64,000 nucleotides of DNA from the human T2T-CHM13v2.0 reference genome, Homo sapiens. The stretch is taken from assembly GCF_009914755.1 (NCBI RefSeq), contig NC_060939.1; one strand, written 5' to 3'. Each line of letters begins with the position of its first letter. Position 1 is the stretch's first letter. The notes under the pieces were generated by a model. That model was not told the DNA's origin and did not search any database. It saw nothing but the letters and a program-made list of their open reading frames with translations. Shown piece by piece: positions 13,579-36,303 of the stretch. Made by a program: the position numbers and the translations under genes.

Positions 13579-13593
13579 AGTCTATAATATAAG

Positions 13594-13996
13594 TGTCCTA
13601 GTTTCCTAGAGCTGCCATACGAATTGCCACAAACTGTTTAGCTTAACGTAACAGAAGACTGTTAGGAGGTCAGAAGTCCAAAATCAAGGTGTTGGCAGGG
13701 TTGGTTCCTTCTGGAGTCTCTGAGGGAGAATCGGTTCCATGCCCCTCTCCTCTGAGGGTTGCCAGAAATCCTTGGTGTTTCTTGGACTATAGATGCATCA
13801 CTCTGATCTCTGCCTCCATCTTCACGTGCTGTTCTCCTCTGTATCATTTCCTCTTTGTGTAAGGACATCAGTCATAGGATTTAGGGCCCACTCTAATTTG
13901 TAATAAAATCTGCAAAGATTCTGTTTCCCAAAAGAATAACATTCTGAGCTTCTGGGTGGACATGAATTTTTGGGGGCCACTATTCAATCCACTACA
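13594..13996 (-). mobile_element. MaLR solo LTR (MLT1C-like)
   Basis: Reverse strand contains 'gaaggaaccaaccctgccaacaccttgattttggacttc'. TG/CA ends. Confidence 0.8.
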
Positions 13997-14909
13997 AGTC
14001 ACACAGAAGTGGAACATTCCTAGTTGAAGGGAAGATGGAAGAAGGGCCTAGAGTTCTTTCCATTTAGGCTCCATAGTCATTTCTCTTTCACCAAGGAAAA
14101 CCCTGAAACATTTCCCTAAAACTCTAGAAGTTCTTGGAGCACAGTTTAAAAGCATGGGCACTCAGGACTCATGCAGACATTGCAAACGAGTCACAAGTGT
14201 TAAGTTCTAATTGTGTGCTGAGTCTTATATAGGTCACAGCTGAGAAGCTCAGATCCTCTGAAAAGTGGGCCTTTGATGTCCAGTGCTATCAGTGGCAGCC
14301 AAATGCCCAGGGGGTCTGGAGCACTCTTCCTTCCAATATTTGGATCTCCACGCTGAGTCCATTCAACATGCTGCTGATAATGATGGAGAACTAGGCTTTT
14401 GCCAACACCTGCATGAGCGTGTCCCAGAAAAAATCAATACAATTCGTTTGGTGAATATTCAACAGATATTTACTGCATGTCTCCTAGGGCCAGGTGCTTT
14501 AGGCACTAGGAACACCATGATGACCAAGGCAGTTAAGGACCTGCTCTCATGGAACTTATGTTCAAGTGGAGAAGGCCAGCAAATCAACAAATAACTTGAT
14601 GATAGCAGACTATGATGAGGGCTGTAAGAGGAAGCAAGAGTGATGCTACTTTAGACTGGCATGGTCAGGAGAGGTGACATTGGAGCTAAAACTTGAAGAA
14701 TGAGAAGTCAGTAAAGCAAAGAGTGAGCCAGGTGGACTCCAGGAAAGGACCACAGAGACTTGATATATACCTCGGTCATAAACGGTATAAGCTGGAGAGT
14801 CAGACATGGGTTTCAGGCCTGGCCCTGACACTTATTAGCTGTGTGACCTTGGGCAAAGTACTTAAACTTTCTGAGCTTTGTGCCCTTATGTATAAAATAG
14901 AGCTATCTG

Positions 14910-15239
14910 TATAGTTGGTCTTCCATTTCTGTGGGTTCTGCACCCATGGATTCAGTTAACCTTGGATTGAAAATATTTTTAAAAATTTTATCTGTACTAA
15001 ACATGTACAAACTTTTTTCTTGTCATTATTCCCTAAGCAATACAGTTTAACAATGATTTACATAGCATTTACATTAGATTAAGTATTATAGTAATCTAGA
15101 GATGATGTAAGGTCTGAGGATGTGTGTAGATTATATGCAAATACTACACCATTTTATATCAGGGACTTGAGCATCTGTGGATTTTGGAATCTGTGGGAAT
15201 CCTGGAACCAATCCCACGTGGACACTGAGGGATGACTCT
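14910..15239 (-). mobile_element. MER2 (Tigger-derived MITE) inserted in a MIR
   Basis: Reverse complement of the MER2 at 38226. Degenerate terminal inverted repeats. Confidence 0.85.
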
Positions 15240-15881
15240 ACTTAATTCCAGGGTGCTGTGAGGATTAAACAAAGTATTGCATGTCACATGCTTATCATAT
15301 GTTCAGTGCCCTGGCAAACTAGGGTCATACAGGTTTTATAGGAGAAAGAGAGAGATGAGAGATACACCAGGCCAGTGATTTCCAAGTTATTCACCTTGAT
15401 ATTACTATTGTAGTGATTACATCACCACAGTTTCTGCCATCAAGGGGTTATAGTCCTTGACACTGACATTCAAGTTGCCATGGGCTGACCTGAACAGAAC
15501 AGAAATGAGGTTGGCTGCTCATGAAGGAATGGGATAGATATCTCTTTTCTGATGAAGGGAATGGGTTATGTAGGTTTAGTTACAACCTCTTTGCTGGTGT
15601 CCTTTAGTCCAGAGGTACATATCAGTAAACGAGGTTTAGGATTTTATTTCTGTTTTACTCATTTCTACCTCCGATAAATCTGATAGTGATGTATTCTTGC
15701 AAAAAGAAACAGGATGATTTAGACATCACCCATTGACAGGTATCATAGTGGGGGCAAAGAACAGAAAATAAGTATTTCTTTTTTAATGCTTATTTTCTAA
15801 TTATTAAAATAATGAGGACTATTTGTAACACTAGCTGTCAGGTTATTTGGAACAGTAATGTAGAAATATTAGAGGGGAAAT

Positions 15882-22415
<6,534 letters not shown>

Positions 22416-23162
22416 AGAAACATTAGAGGGGATAATTTTATTTTCTTAACAATGTCTTTTGACTTTTTATTATGAAAACTCTCTCTCATGTAGAGAGATG
22501 GCCTATTATATACCTAAAACTTAGTTCTAACCAATGTTAACATTTTGCCGTATTTTCTTCACCTATTTATTTTTATCTGAAATATTTTAAGAGAAATTGC
22601 AGGTTAGCATTTTCTTCCTAAATCCTTTCAAGTGCATTTCTTTGAAAAGAGACATTTCCCTACATAATCACAATACCATTATTACAAACCTAATAAAATT
22701 AAAAATACGTGTGTAATTTATATTCATTCCAATTTCTCCAAATGTTCCCAACTGTCTTTTATAGACATAGTCAAAGCAAGATCCAATCCAAGTTGACATA
22801 CTACATTTGAATGTTATATTAAGAATTATATTAATATTAAGAATATTCAATATTCTTAATTCTAGAATCGTCTTAAAGGAACAACTTTATTCCCAATTGA
22901 ACTGTGGTTAATGTATGAGGACAACCTAAATATAGGGGCTTGAGAGTTATTCAACCCACAAGCTTCCATGTAAATATGTGTAGCCTGAATTAGCTCTTTT
23001 GATTCATTTGGTTCTAGTGGGGACATATTTAGCAGCATTTGTCACTAGGTCTGAAAAATGTCTTTGGCTATGATTATCCTCCTCCTTCACCATCTTCCCC
23101 TTCCTCCACTGTACTCATTGTACAATCCAGAATCAATGTGAAGTGCAACTAAGATAGATTGA

Positions 23163-23312
<150 letters not shown>

Positions 23313-23931
23313 TGACTCTATTGTGGCTCTCGGGGATGGCTTCCAAACCTGGGCTGGGACACATGGAAACTGCATGAGGGTCTGGTTGGAAGAAAAGCAT
23401 GGGTGAGAGATACACATGGTGGTCCCAGCCAGATAAATAAAAGAGACTGACAATCCAGAGGCTGTGGAGGTGAGAAGTTACTTCATCATCTTCTCCTTAG
23501 CTGGGTAGAGCTCTTGAGTCTGCTCCTAGAGATGGACTTCAATATTGTTTCTCCTTGGCAGTTACACATTACAGCATTGTAGGCTTTTCTATTCGTACTA
23601 CAAGGTAAAAAAAGGTCTGTGACAGGAGAAGGGCAGACTTTATTTAGTCCTTGTCACATTCAAGTGTTATATCTGGGCAGAATGACTCTCACATCACAAA
23701 TCTCCCTACCATATTCCTGAAATTACTCATTGATTACAACATCCCTTACCATTTAAAAAAACCCATGATCCTTCTCAACAGGGTCCTCCAGGTAATTATT
23801 AGGAACATCATTGCTCAGTTGATATTTATTTGCTATCTCTTGATTTGACTTATTTCTAATTATCATAGTAATTTTGTATTTAGACCCATAATTTTATAGT
23901 TTTGAAAAAGAAACTTTAAAGAGTAAAGCAG

Positions 23932-24208
23932 GGCCAGGCATGGTGGCTCACGCCTGTAATCCCAGCACTTTGGGAGGATGAGGTGGTCAGATCGCTTGAG
24001 CCCAGGCATTTGAGACCAGCTTGGTCTCTGCTAAAAATACAAAAACTTAGCTGGGCATGGTGGCATGTGCCTATAGTCCCAGCTACTTGGAAGGCTGAGG
24101 AAGGAGAATCACTTGAGCCCAGGAAGTCATGGCTGCAGTGAGCATTGATTGTGACCCTGCACTCCAGCCTGGGTGACAGAGTGAGACCTTGTCTTAAAAA
24201 AATAAAAA
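23932..24208 (+). mobile_element. Alu (AluJ-like, small internal deletion)
   Basis: Alu dimer with J-type 'cttgagcccagga' in both arms. Confidence 0.93.
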
Positions 24209-24570
24209 AAGTGAAGCGATTGCTTGAATTCATACAGATAAAAAGTCAGGAGGGTGGAATTTCTAACTCCAGAGCTCATTTTAATTCTATTCCATATGGA
24301 AACTTTTTTATTAATACGTTAGATCCTATACCTTCTATCTGATATGTAATGAGCATAGACTTTCATTTCTCCTTTCCGAGTTCCCTTCCTATGAAATGAA
24401 AGTGACAATTATTTAGAGGTTATATAGTTGATAGGGGAAAGAACGTGGGCTTAGAGCCAAAAAGACCTGAGTTTGACTGTGGTTCTTTTTTTAATGAGTC
24501 ATAAAGCATGAATACTTACCCTGTTGAACCTCAGTTTCATCCTTTACAAAATTACAGTAGTAATAATGAT

Positions 24571-25299
<729 letters not shown>

Positions 25300-25433
25300 T
25301 GGAGCTCATAGACTTGGTAGATGGGGTGAATGGGAGAATGTTCATGGGCATGTTCGTCACATGGCAACTGCTTGATAATTGCTAGTTTCTCTTCCCCGCC
25401 CTATGCTTTTCCCTTAGTCTTTTGAAATAGTAG

Positions 25434-25844
<411 letters not shown>

Positions 25845-27631
25845 TAACCTGATTTTCATTGGTAAATTCTCTTAATAAACATGGAGGATTCATAAAAAGA
25901 AGGTATTTCTGGGGGAATAATGGGATAGATGCTTGAATCCTTGTTCACAGATGGAGCCTCTACTCACCTATCTCCCGTATATTGACCTGAACACCAGAGA
26001 GCATTAGGGAAAGGCTGAGTAGATTTGCATACACCCATCTCTAATAAAGGAAAAGAGGAACTGTGGCTTTATATAAAGGACAACTCTCATTAATGAATAG
26101 ACAGAAGGTGTGCCACCCACATTTGCAGTGTGCCAGCAGAGCGAAATTTGAAGCATTTCCTGGTTTCCTAAAGCATAAATAGGCTGAAAAACTTGCCTTC
26201 CTTAAATATAATGGTTATGGAGATTTAGAAAAATTCCTTCAGCTGAGTTCTGAGAAGTCCTGGGATTTTCCTGTGGGTATGAGGAGGTGGCTATCTGATT
26301 CATCTTCTAAGCCTACGTTGATTGTACCAACTCACTGTTCCATAAGGTATTTAAAAAAATTATACCGTCACTCTCCATACATTCACTTTACTGATGAGAG
26401 GTAAGCAGAGTTCAAGAAGCCTGCGGATTACTATCTTTTCCGTCAATTGTTAGCCACTGTTGAATGTTCCAGCAAAGCTTTCTAAACAGCTCCTATCTTC
26501 AGAAGGAGTTGGCTGGAACCCTAATGGGTCTGTGAGAGCCAATGAACCCTTTAGAAGTTCTCAGATGGCCAATGAGGATGTTCACAGAGCTGCCGGAGCT
26601 CTAACCTCGGACAGGCATCCACAAAAGTGAACTCAGTGAGGATTTCTTATTGTTATCCTCTTCCAATTTCAAGCCTAAAATCTTCCATGTTAGAATCAGT
26701 GCTTTTAAAATTAACTCCTCCCTTACTCAATACCAGAATTTTTTTTAATTACTTGCCAAGAGTTTTCTCTAGTCTGTTTTCCCAATTCGGAAGTAAGAGC
26801 TGAATGAGTAGCCACAAGAGTGGAAGATTGATGGGCAGGACTAGGATGCCAAATCTCTGAATTTTGATCCAGGCAATTACTTCATGTACTAGCCTCAGGA
26901 GGGACATATGCATGGACGATGTTCCAGGAACATGCACTCTGCAATAGCAAAGACATCAGCCTCAGTCTCTATCTGAAAGACTGTAGTGAGATGAGGAAGC
27001 TTCAGATTTCCATTTAGCTTCCTTTCCTGAGGGTTGGAGCAATTCAGTATCATCCACCCTTGTTTCCCTCTCTTTGCTTCTCTAAGACCTCTTGTTCCCA
27101 CTCACTTTTCTCAGATCAAGGCTAGCCTAAAGCACAAGGCATTCATAGGTCTTTGTCTTAAAAACACAAGTCCAGTGGAGGAAAGACAGACGAGAGTGTC
27201 TGTGGACTCCTCTTATTTTCTGACATGAGCAGAGCTCTACCTAAAGTGATCTAAGTGGAATAGGGTACTGGGAATGTTGGAGAGACGCTGGGGCATCCTT
27301 GGAGACAAGAGTAATATCCAAAAGTTGTATTTACCTAACCAGATACCTCTTTGGAGTTTCTTTCTATCATTCAGATCTATGAAAATGTTTTGATAATCAC
27401 CCAATTGGCCAAAAAGGCAAAAACTTCCCAGTCTAGTTACTGCTGAGCAGGAAGAACTGATTCTTCATTTGACATTCTAGTTGCGGCACAGTCAAGTCAT
27501 TACCTTAGTCATGGGAGACCCGAGAATGACATTATAGAGGAATGTGCAACCAGGGTGGAAAAGAAAGGGAGCTATCTTGTTTATCAAGTTGCCCCTTAAA
27601 GATTTAAAGGAGTCAATCCAAGTTGTCTTGA

Positions 27632-27853
<222 letters not shown>

Positions 27854-28654
27854 TGATGCTTCCAGCTCAGTTTAGTGGTCATTTCTCCTTTGGAAATATG
27901 GTACCATGTCTTTATCCTTTCTCAGTTTACATCCCTCCACACCCATGAGTCATTTCCTCTAATTCTCATCAAAACCCTGAATGGGTATATTATTATTCTC
28001 TTTTTCAGACGAGCAAGTTAAAATATGTCGAGAGCCTTATCCAAGGTCCCTGTGGTAGCAAATAGTAGAGTTGAGATTTGATTCCAGATCTTTCAGACTC
28101 GAAACCTCATGTTCTTTTTGCCTGAAGCCCTCAGGTATATACTTTTTACTCGCAGCAAATCTACCATAAATAAATATAATCCTCAAAAGACATTTCATAA
28201 ATGACAGGGTCTCTAAAGAGACAGCCAGTTAAACTTCTGGCATGAGTTCTGGGCCTTATAATAGTCCATCATGGTCATGTGCTAGTCTTGAGATGTATTT
28301 TTATGATTGGAAAATGAAACTCAGCCTGTTCTCCCTGCCTCTGCTTGCTGGAGTGGAGTGAATCATCAAGTTAAAAAGGGAGATGGTTAGACATGAAGGC
28401 TTTAGAGATATTCGGGACTATTAAGATCTATCATTTATGGGAGTGACTCAGCGAGGACCTTGAAAGAATATTAGAAGAAATTCAGCCAATTTCCAAGATA
28501 GATGGGATCATTTGGCAAGTAACATTTCCATGCCCAACCATGATATTTTCTGCATCTCAGCGTCAATCTTAGCCTCATATTCCACCTGATTATTTTTCTC
28601 TTGGGTCACTACAGTTATGCCATTATCATCCATTCTCACCTGCAGCTCTCTACA

Positions 28655-28930
28655 CCAAGCATTTCGTAGAGTGAAATACATTATATCTCAGTGAAAAAAA
28701 ATTCTCATCCAGTAAGTTGAGAAATACTGGATTGAATGCTGGTTTCTTTACTGTAAGACTTCTCAGAGCCTTTGTAAAGCCAATACATATTGAGAATATC
28801 TGTTATTTAGTATACCCTGATCCAAAATTGATTTAGTCAGGGAACTGTGGTTTTTTTTTTTTTTTTTTTTTGAGATCACCTTTTTTAGGGGAAGGAGGGG
28901 TCAGTGTTCTATGTCTCTCATTTTGGAAAC
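28655..28930 (-). mobile_element. hAT-Charlie MITE (MER103C-like)
   Basis: 'ggtttctttactgtaagacttctcagagccttt' resembles MER103C as recalled. Confidence 0.5.
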
Positions 28931-30034
28931 ATCTTCTCCAGGGTGTGAATTTATTGCAAGGTGGAATTCAATTAAATTCTGCTAAGAACCCTCATCTAGT
29001 AGGTAAAAAACTTCAAAATAAAAAACTCAGGGACCAAAAAAATTTATTTTCTATGATTATATTTTACTCTGTCTTAAATTTACATTTATGTCAGATAACA
29101 AGAAATATAAACCAGTGTCTTATCAGGAATCTAAGTCAAATTAGTGAGTCTTTGGTTCATCCAGGGATTTCACTCTTCTCCCCCCACTTCCTGGGGTACA
29201 TCTGAGTTCTAAGAAGCCATGGTAGTGCTGGGGTGTTGATGGAAAAACACAGACTGTCCTCAATCATCTCATGTCCATTTGGACATATATATGACTTGGA
29301 TATGTCTCATTTTTATCATTGTGTGCAGGCCTTTGCTGCTGACATCTGCAGTCTCAACATGTTCTTTGGTTACCAATCTATGAACTTTATCTTTCTGCCC
29401 TATTCACAAGGCTTCTTCTAATCTGATGCTGTCATAATTCAGCTGTTCAGAAGGTCAGGAATATCTGGTTTCTTCCTTTAGATTATGTGCAAATCTTTGT
29501 GATATTTGCTGGGCTCATCCACATACGGGTCTCACTCAGTCTTCTCCTCTGCCACTTGGGTACCATGTTGTTTGGAAGGCTCCCCTAGGAAGCTCTTCCC
29601 ACATAACCATGGGTATCAAGGCACTAGGTCTCTTCCTTCTGGGGTGCTCACATAGCTTTTATTGTCTTCCTCATTCAGGCCAAACTTGTGGGGTAGCGGG
29701 GAGAAATCAACAAAGCATAGAAACCTCTTCCTCAGAGACTCACACTAGTTGCCATTTTTAATGCTTTCTTTTCCTCCTGCAAAGGGAGTTGAATTCAGGC
29801 ACAGATCTGATCAAAGTGTCAGAGGCAAGTGGGAAAGTAATACCAGGGATTAAGGGAGTGAGAGTAGGGTGCTCCCAATCACAAAAGGAGCCTTCCAGGG
29901 ATTCCAGGCATATTTCTACATGTCTGATTTGTTTTGTAAATTTTGGGCAAGATGGTTTTCCTTCTTCAGTCAAATGCCATATTAAAACCAAACCTCTGTA
30001 GGAAAGAGGCTTTTCCACCAACCGTTACAATATA

Positions 30035-30265
30035 GCTGTCATTGGCATGGTGTTTATGAGGTGCCCTGCACTGTGCTAAGCTCTTAGCATGCATTACTTC
30101 CTTTGAGCCTCTCATCTGCTCTGCAAGGCGGGTGCTATTATTGCCCCCAATTTTACCGGAAAATAAATTGAAACTGAAAGAAGTTAAGTAACATGCTGGG
30201 TTTTAAGTGAGAGAGCTGGGATTTAAACCCTGTCTGATACATGAGCCTCAGCTCTTAAGCCACCA
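30035..30265 (-). mobile_element. MIR
   Basis: 'gcactgtgctaagc...attgcccccaatttta...gaaactga...gctgggatttaaaccc'. Confidence 0.6.
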
Positions 30266-31905
30266 CTGGCGTATCTTATACAGTCTATTTCCAGCATTTT
30301 ATTTCTACAACCATCATATGTAAGACGATCATATGCAGTTAAAGTTTGCTTAAATTTCTTTTCCATCTAAATGGCTTATACCCATGGAACAATTTGCTTA
30401 ATGATAGAGGAGTCTTACTCCTCCATCAGTTGGCTATTTCCTCTCAAAGGCTAAATATCTATTCCCTCTGCTTTTGAATTCTTTCCCAAAGCTACCTTGT
30501 TTTCTATCTTATCCTTACTCATCAACAGCAAGATAAGAACAAAGGTAATGAAATTGGAAGACCTGCTCTGTAAGCCTCCTTCTACCAGATTCCTTGGCGA
30601 GTCATTTAACTTTTCTTAACTAAACTTTGACATTTCTTAAAGCATGAATGTCAAGTCTTACCTCCTAGGTTTATTGTGGGCAATAACAAATAATGTGTAA
30701 AGACATCGTGTGCTTTGACATGCTATGACATTGTTAATCATTATTAATACAAATACTATGGGATGTCTGGTTGCCTGCTGCAGATCAGATGGCAGAGGCT
30801 GGGGAAGAGTCTGGAGATGAGAACGTCCTGCCAATTTCCATCTTTCACAAACTCCATCCTGAGAATAGTAACTAAGACATACCCAAATGAATTCTACTCA
30901 AGCCATTTGGTTGACAGAACCTGTGGGCTCAAGGGGGGTCTTGCAGGGAAGGGATAAAGTCGCATGTCAGGGGGCATGGATAGCTCTACTAAGTATCATC
31001 CTCCAAATGCTAGCATGCTATGGGAGAGTTATTCCGGGATGCCTTTGTAGGAGCAGATGCCCAGTGTTGTGTCATGATGACTCCTCCCTCCTGTGGAGAT
31101 TAGACCTGCCCTACTTCTCTAGCAGGAACCTAAAATTAGATGTGCAGCTGTCCTCCAATGAAGCTCTGTCTCCAGATAGTACTCAGGGCAAGATTTACAA
31201 CAGAAGCTCCAACCACATACTTGCTAGAGAGAAGGGACATGAAGAGCAATGTCACTAACCCTCTGTGGCCTTGTGCCAGCCCTCAGCCCAGGGCAGGCAG
31301 CTATTTCAGGCCTCCTCCACTTCCCAAATACCCACCATGCTGCACACACTTGTGTTGGCTTGTGCCAACTTCCTTCCTTCGGCTCCTCATGAGTCCCATG
31401 CTAGTGGGAACAGTTATGGTCAGACTTAAACTGCTATGATAGCCCTCTAGTTGGTCTCACTTCACTTCAAAGCCATCAGGAATGTGCCTCAGCTTCCCTT
31501 TCCAGAGTGGTTTCTCATTCCTGCTCTCATCTCGCTTTCCAGCCAGCTATCTCTGAGTGTGGCATTCCCTCTTCTTCCCCAGGTCTCTCCCTTCCTCTGG
31601 AATGCCATGCTGCCTTGTGCAGTGGTAGAAGTCTTACCCAGTCTCCAGACTTCACTGGATGCCACCTGCTCCATTTCATCAGAGAAAAGGAATCTACTCT
31701 CCTCAAACATCCTCCAGAGATTTGTTCAGACCTTCTTTCGACATGCATTCTATTGGACTCTGTACTATATTGGCCTGGGTGTCTTTTCTCCTCCCTAAAT
31801 TCTGTACTTCCTAAAGTAGAAATCAAATTATATGTATCTTGTTATTTTCCATTCCTCCTAGCCCAGCGCCTAGATAATAATAGGCTCTTAATTAAATTCA
31901 AACGA

Positions 31906-32180
31906 GGCTGAGCATGGTGGCTCATGTCTGTAATCTCAGTGCTTTGGGAGGCAAAGGCGGGAGGACCGCTTGAGGCCAGGAGTTTGCGACCAGCTTGGGC
32001 AACGTAGGCAGACCCTGTCTCTACAAGAAATTAGTTGGGTGTGGTGGTGCACACCTGTAGTCCCAGCTACTCAGGAGGCTGAGGTGGGAGAGTTGCTTGG
32101 GCCCAGGAGTTTGAGACTACAGTGAGTCATGACTATGCCATTGCATGCCAGCCTGGGGGACAAATTGAGATCCTGTCTTA
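31906..32180 (+). mobile_element. Alu (AluJ-like)
   Basis: Alu dimer; first of a tandem pair. Confidence 0.92.
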
Positions 32181-32528
<348 letters not shown>

Positions 32529-35500
32529 TTAAAAAAAATTATTGGTGAATTTCCTATGTAGTAATGAATGAAAGCCAGAATGTACTGAGTAGGTGCTATG
32601 CTAGGCACTTCATATTTGTTACCTTTTTTCCCCCTGATACCAGGCTGGCTGCACATGCAGAGTTCTGCCCCATCCAAACATGTCTGAAACATCAGTTGGC
32701 ACACCTCCCAAGAGCTCTATTGCATGAGGGAATGAGGTGCCTTCTGGGAGAGAACTCATTCTGAGAGACTGCGAAGCAGCAGCCACCAGCTTGAAAGGGA
32801 GCAAAGTTTCTCTCACTGGAGGGAAGAAAAAAGTTCAGAGTCTTTTAGAGTTGTCTGGGGGAACCGACAGAGATTGGAGCAGGGAAAGATCTGAATTGGA
32901 GGGGCATGTGGGGACAGCATTCACATTAAAACTTTGCTGTCTATTTGAAATAGGCTTCTAGTGTTTGGTCTGTTAATGAACTCAGCTGGGGCTTAAACTT
33001 TTCTGGGGGTGCTTTTTATAGAAGTAGGGAGGAGGAAATGACACTGGGCCAGAGTGTGCTACCTCTTGCTCGTTTGTTCCACTGTGGACAAGCTTGTTTA
33101 TCTGCACTAAAGCTGTCTTTGAGCTGTCCAAACTCACTAAGTAGGGAAATTTATTGAGGCAGACAGATTACTTGTCTGCGAATGACTCATCTTGTGACCT
33201 TAGGAAAGCTTGTGATTACTCCACGTCTCAACACTTTCTGCTGGAGGCTGTCCCTTTGTGCCGTCATTCCCAGGATGGGCCTGAAGATTTTGATAATAAT
33301 AAGGACCATTTCCACTGGCCACGTGCTTGACCTTTTCCAAAGTACAGCCACATCCCCTCTGATCCTTTTGGATTCTCACAGTGTAATATTGAACCCAACC
33401 TTTGGAACTGGGTTATCAGATGTTGTCATCAGTGTGTCTTCCAGGATTTTAAACTCTGCTGGCTTGCCTTGCTTTATAAGTATCATAGCCAATTGGAAAT
33501 GGGTTGGATCTTCCTAGCAGAGACCAGGTCTTGAAGCCCATTGTATTCTCTGACCATTGCTCCACACTTCCAGAAAGAGGACTCGGGCTGCTCACAGGCT
33601 GGGATAGCTCCCTCACCGCTCACCTTCATTTTCTCTGGAGCTGCCCCAAGGACACAGGAAGTCAGGAAGTGTTTTGCTCAAGACCATGCTGGTCTCACCC
33701 TCACAGAGGATAACATCTTTAGTATCCCCACCTTCTTAATGCCCTCTCAGGTTTTCAGCAGGAAGGTCATGCTATGATTTATCTCTTTACCCTCAGGGTC
33801 AGTCTCATGTTATGAGATTGTGGAGGTCGGAGTACCTGGGCTTAAACACCTTGGCAACGGGAGGAGATGGATATGTTTGGTCTTCAAGCAAGCTTCATAA
33901 GCAAATTCTTCACCTTAGTCTCCTGTTGGCTGTCCTAGTAGCTCCTTGTGCTTGGAATAGTGTTAGGTGATATTCTCCCTCCAAAGGACCAATCTTCTAG
34001 GGCCTCCCTGGCCTTAGAATTCTGCCTGAGTGCAGGATTACTGGGCATTGCTTTATTGGCAGCCCTTTCTGGTGATTTCATCTGCAATTTATGAGCTAGA
34101 AAAAATGTCCTGCTTCTCTTCTCCCTGCCCCCAAATCACTCACTGCCTCTGCCCAAAGCCGGGTCTTCTGGGCTTTCTCCAACCATCACTCCATTCCACT
34201 TTATCTGATCATAGTAACTGATAGATGAGTGAGACTCAGCCAGAGCTAATGGATTCCATGAGATCATGAGTGAGTGGGTGACTCAGCTACTCTTCACTGA
34301 GACAATGGAGATCCAAGTTAGAAGAAATGGATTTTTTTCTGTTTCTTAAAATAGTTACTGAATTCCCCCTGGGTTTTAATTCCCTCCCAGCCCCAACTAA
34401 CGGCTTCATGATTCCCCATTCAACATTAGAGTCTGTGGTCTCCAGGGCATGGCCTCACAGTGGGGCTTCACTCTATGTCTCAGCACTTTCTGCTTGTACC
34501 TTGTCTCCAGAGCACTCCAATTCAAATACCTTGGAACAGGAGCAAAAAAATTCCACCCCAGCCTCACAAGCGCTGATATTGGGGGCGTGCACCATGAGCT
34601 CAAGTTACTAGCAGAGTTATTATTGCATCTGCAACCTGACTCCAAGCCTGTAGCTGATGGGGAATGAATAGTTTCTTACATGAATTAAGCCTTGGCAACT
34701 AGAGTTATAGGGTTAAAGCCCTTTCATCTTCTTAAGAAGCCACTGAGCTCTTCCTGATAAGGGCAAGCCATAGATATTCAAGTTGTAGGATCTAAAGTTC
34801 GAAGGTCTTAAGGGACCTTCTTATCATCTCCTTCATCTTAAAATGAGGTCACTGAAACCCAGAGAGGCTGAACCAAGCCTTCTACCCTAACTTCAAGGCA
34901 CCATTTATTACTCCAAGACACTTTTCTGCATATTACAAAACAAACATGCTTTGAATTAGGACTTTTATTTGACAACATTCTATGTGCCTGTCTCAATGTT
35001 AAGTGCTGGAGAAATGTTGCTTGGGGACCTCAAGTTGCCGACAGCCTATGCCAACAAGAATGATGTAGTGTATGAGGAAGGCCTTGCATTCTGATCCAGT
35101 CTTGGGCTTGTGAAATGACCAGCTCCCTATCCTGTGGAAATGCCTTTATAATGCCTTTCTCAGAAAAGCCCACAGAGCTGAGCAGACAGGGCCTCTGCTT
35201 TGGGCTCTGGGCCTCAGGCGACCCTACACTTTGGAGAGTCTTCCTTGAAATGTCTCAGGTATTCTTTTGGTGCTTGAGAAGGGCTTGGTCTGGCAGTGCC
35301 ATCCAGGGGGGCTCTAGTCCCTGTTTCTCACCTTTGAGGTGTTCTCTAATCCCCTGTCACCTGGGTGGTGAACCAGATTCCTTCAGGAGGAGGAGCTCAG
35401 GAACTCATCCTGCGTGTGGGTTGTCCTGATTCAGGTGTGTTGGACTGGTGAGCAGATCTTTCCCATTGCTGGTTCTGTATTTATTCCTGAGGATGACATG

Positions 35501-35904
35501 CTGGACAGTGAGAAGGGTGCTTGATATGTTGATATTGGATGGATCAAATAAGTTACACAGACAGGCCTCCAAAAACAAAACAAGACAAACCTCCCTTGGT
35601 CCTTCATATCCTGGGGAGGCCTTACATGCACCACTTTCCCCTGATGACGGTCCTCTACAGAAATTGCATTTCCACCTTTATCTGCTGAAGCTTGTACAGC
35701 TCGTACCTCCCTATAGATTTCCCTCAGTTTTCCCTCTAGAGACTAGAGGCAGGCTCTAGGAACTTTCACTTGCCATAGAAGTTAATCTTCTTGCCCAGCC
35801 TGACTCAGTGAGGAGCTTATGCAAAGAAATTTGTATTTTCCTGTAAATCACACCTTCCTCACAACACTGTAACCACCTACAAATATGGAGGAAAGGGAGT
35901 TTGA

Positions 35905-36303
<399 letters not shown>

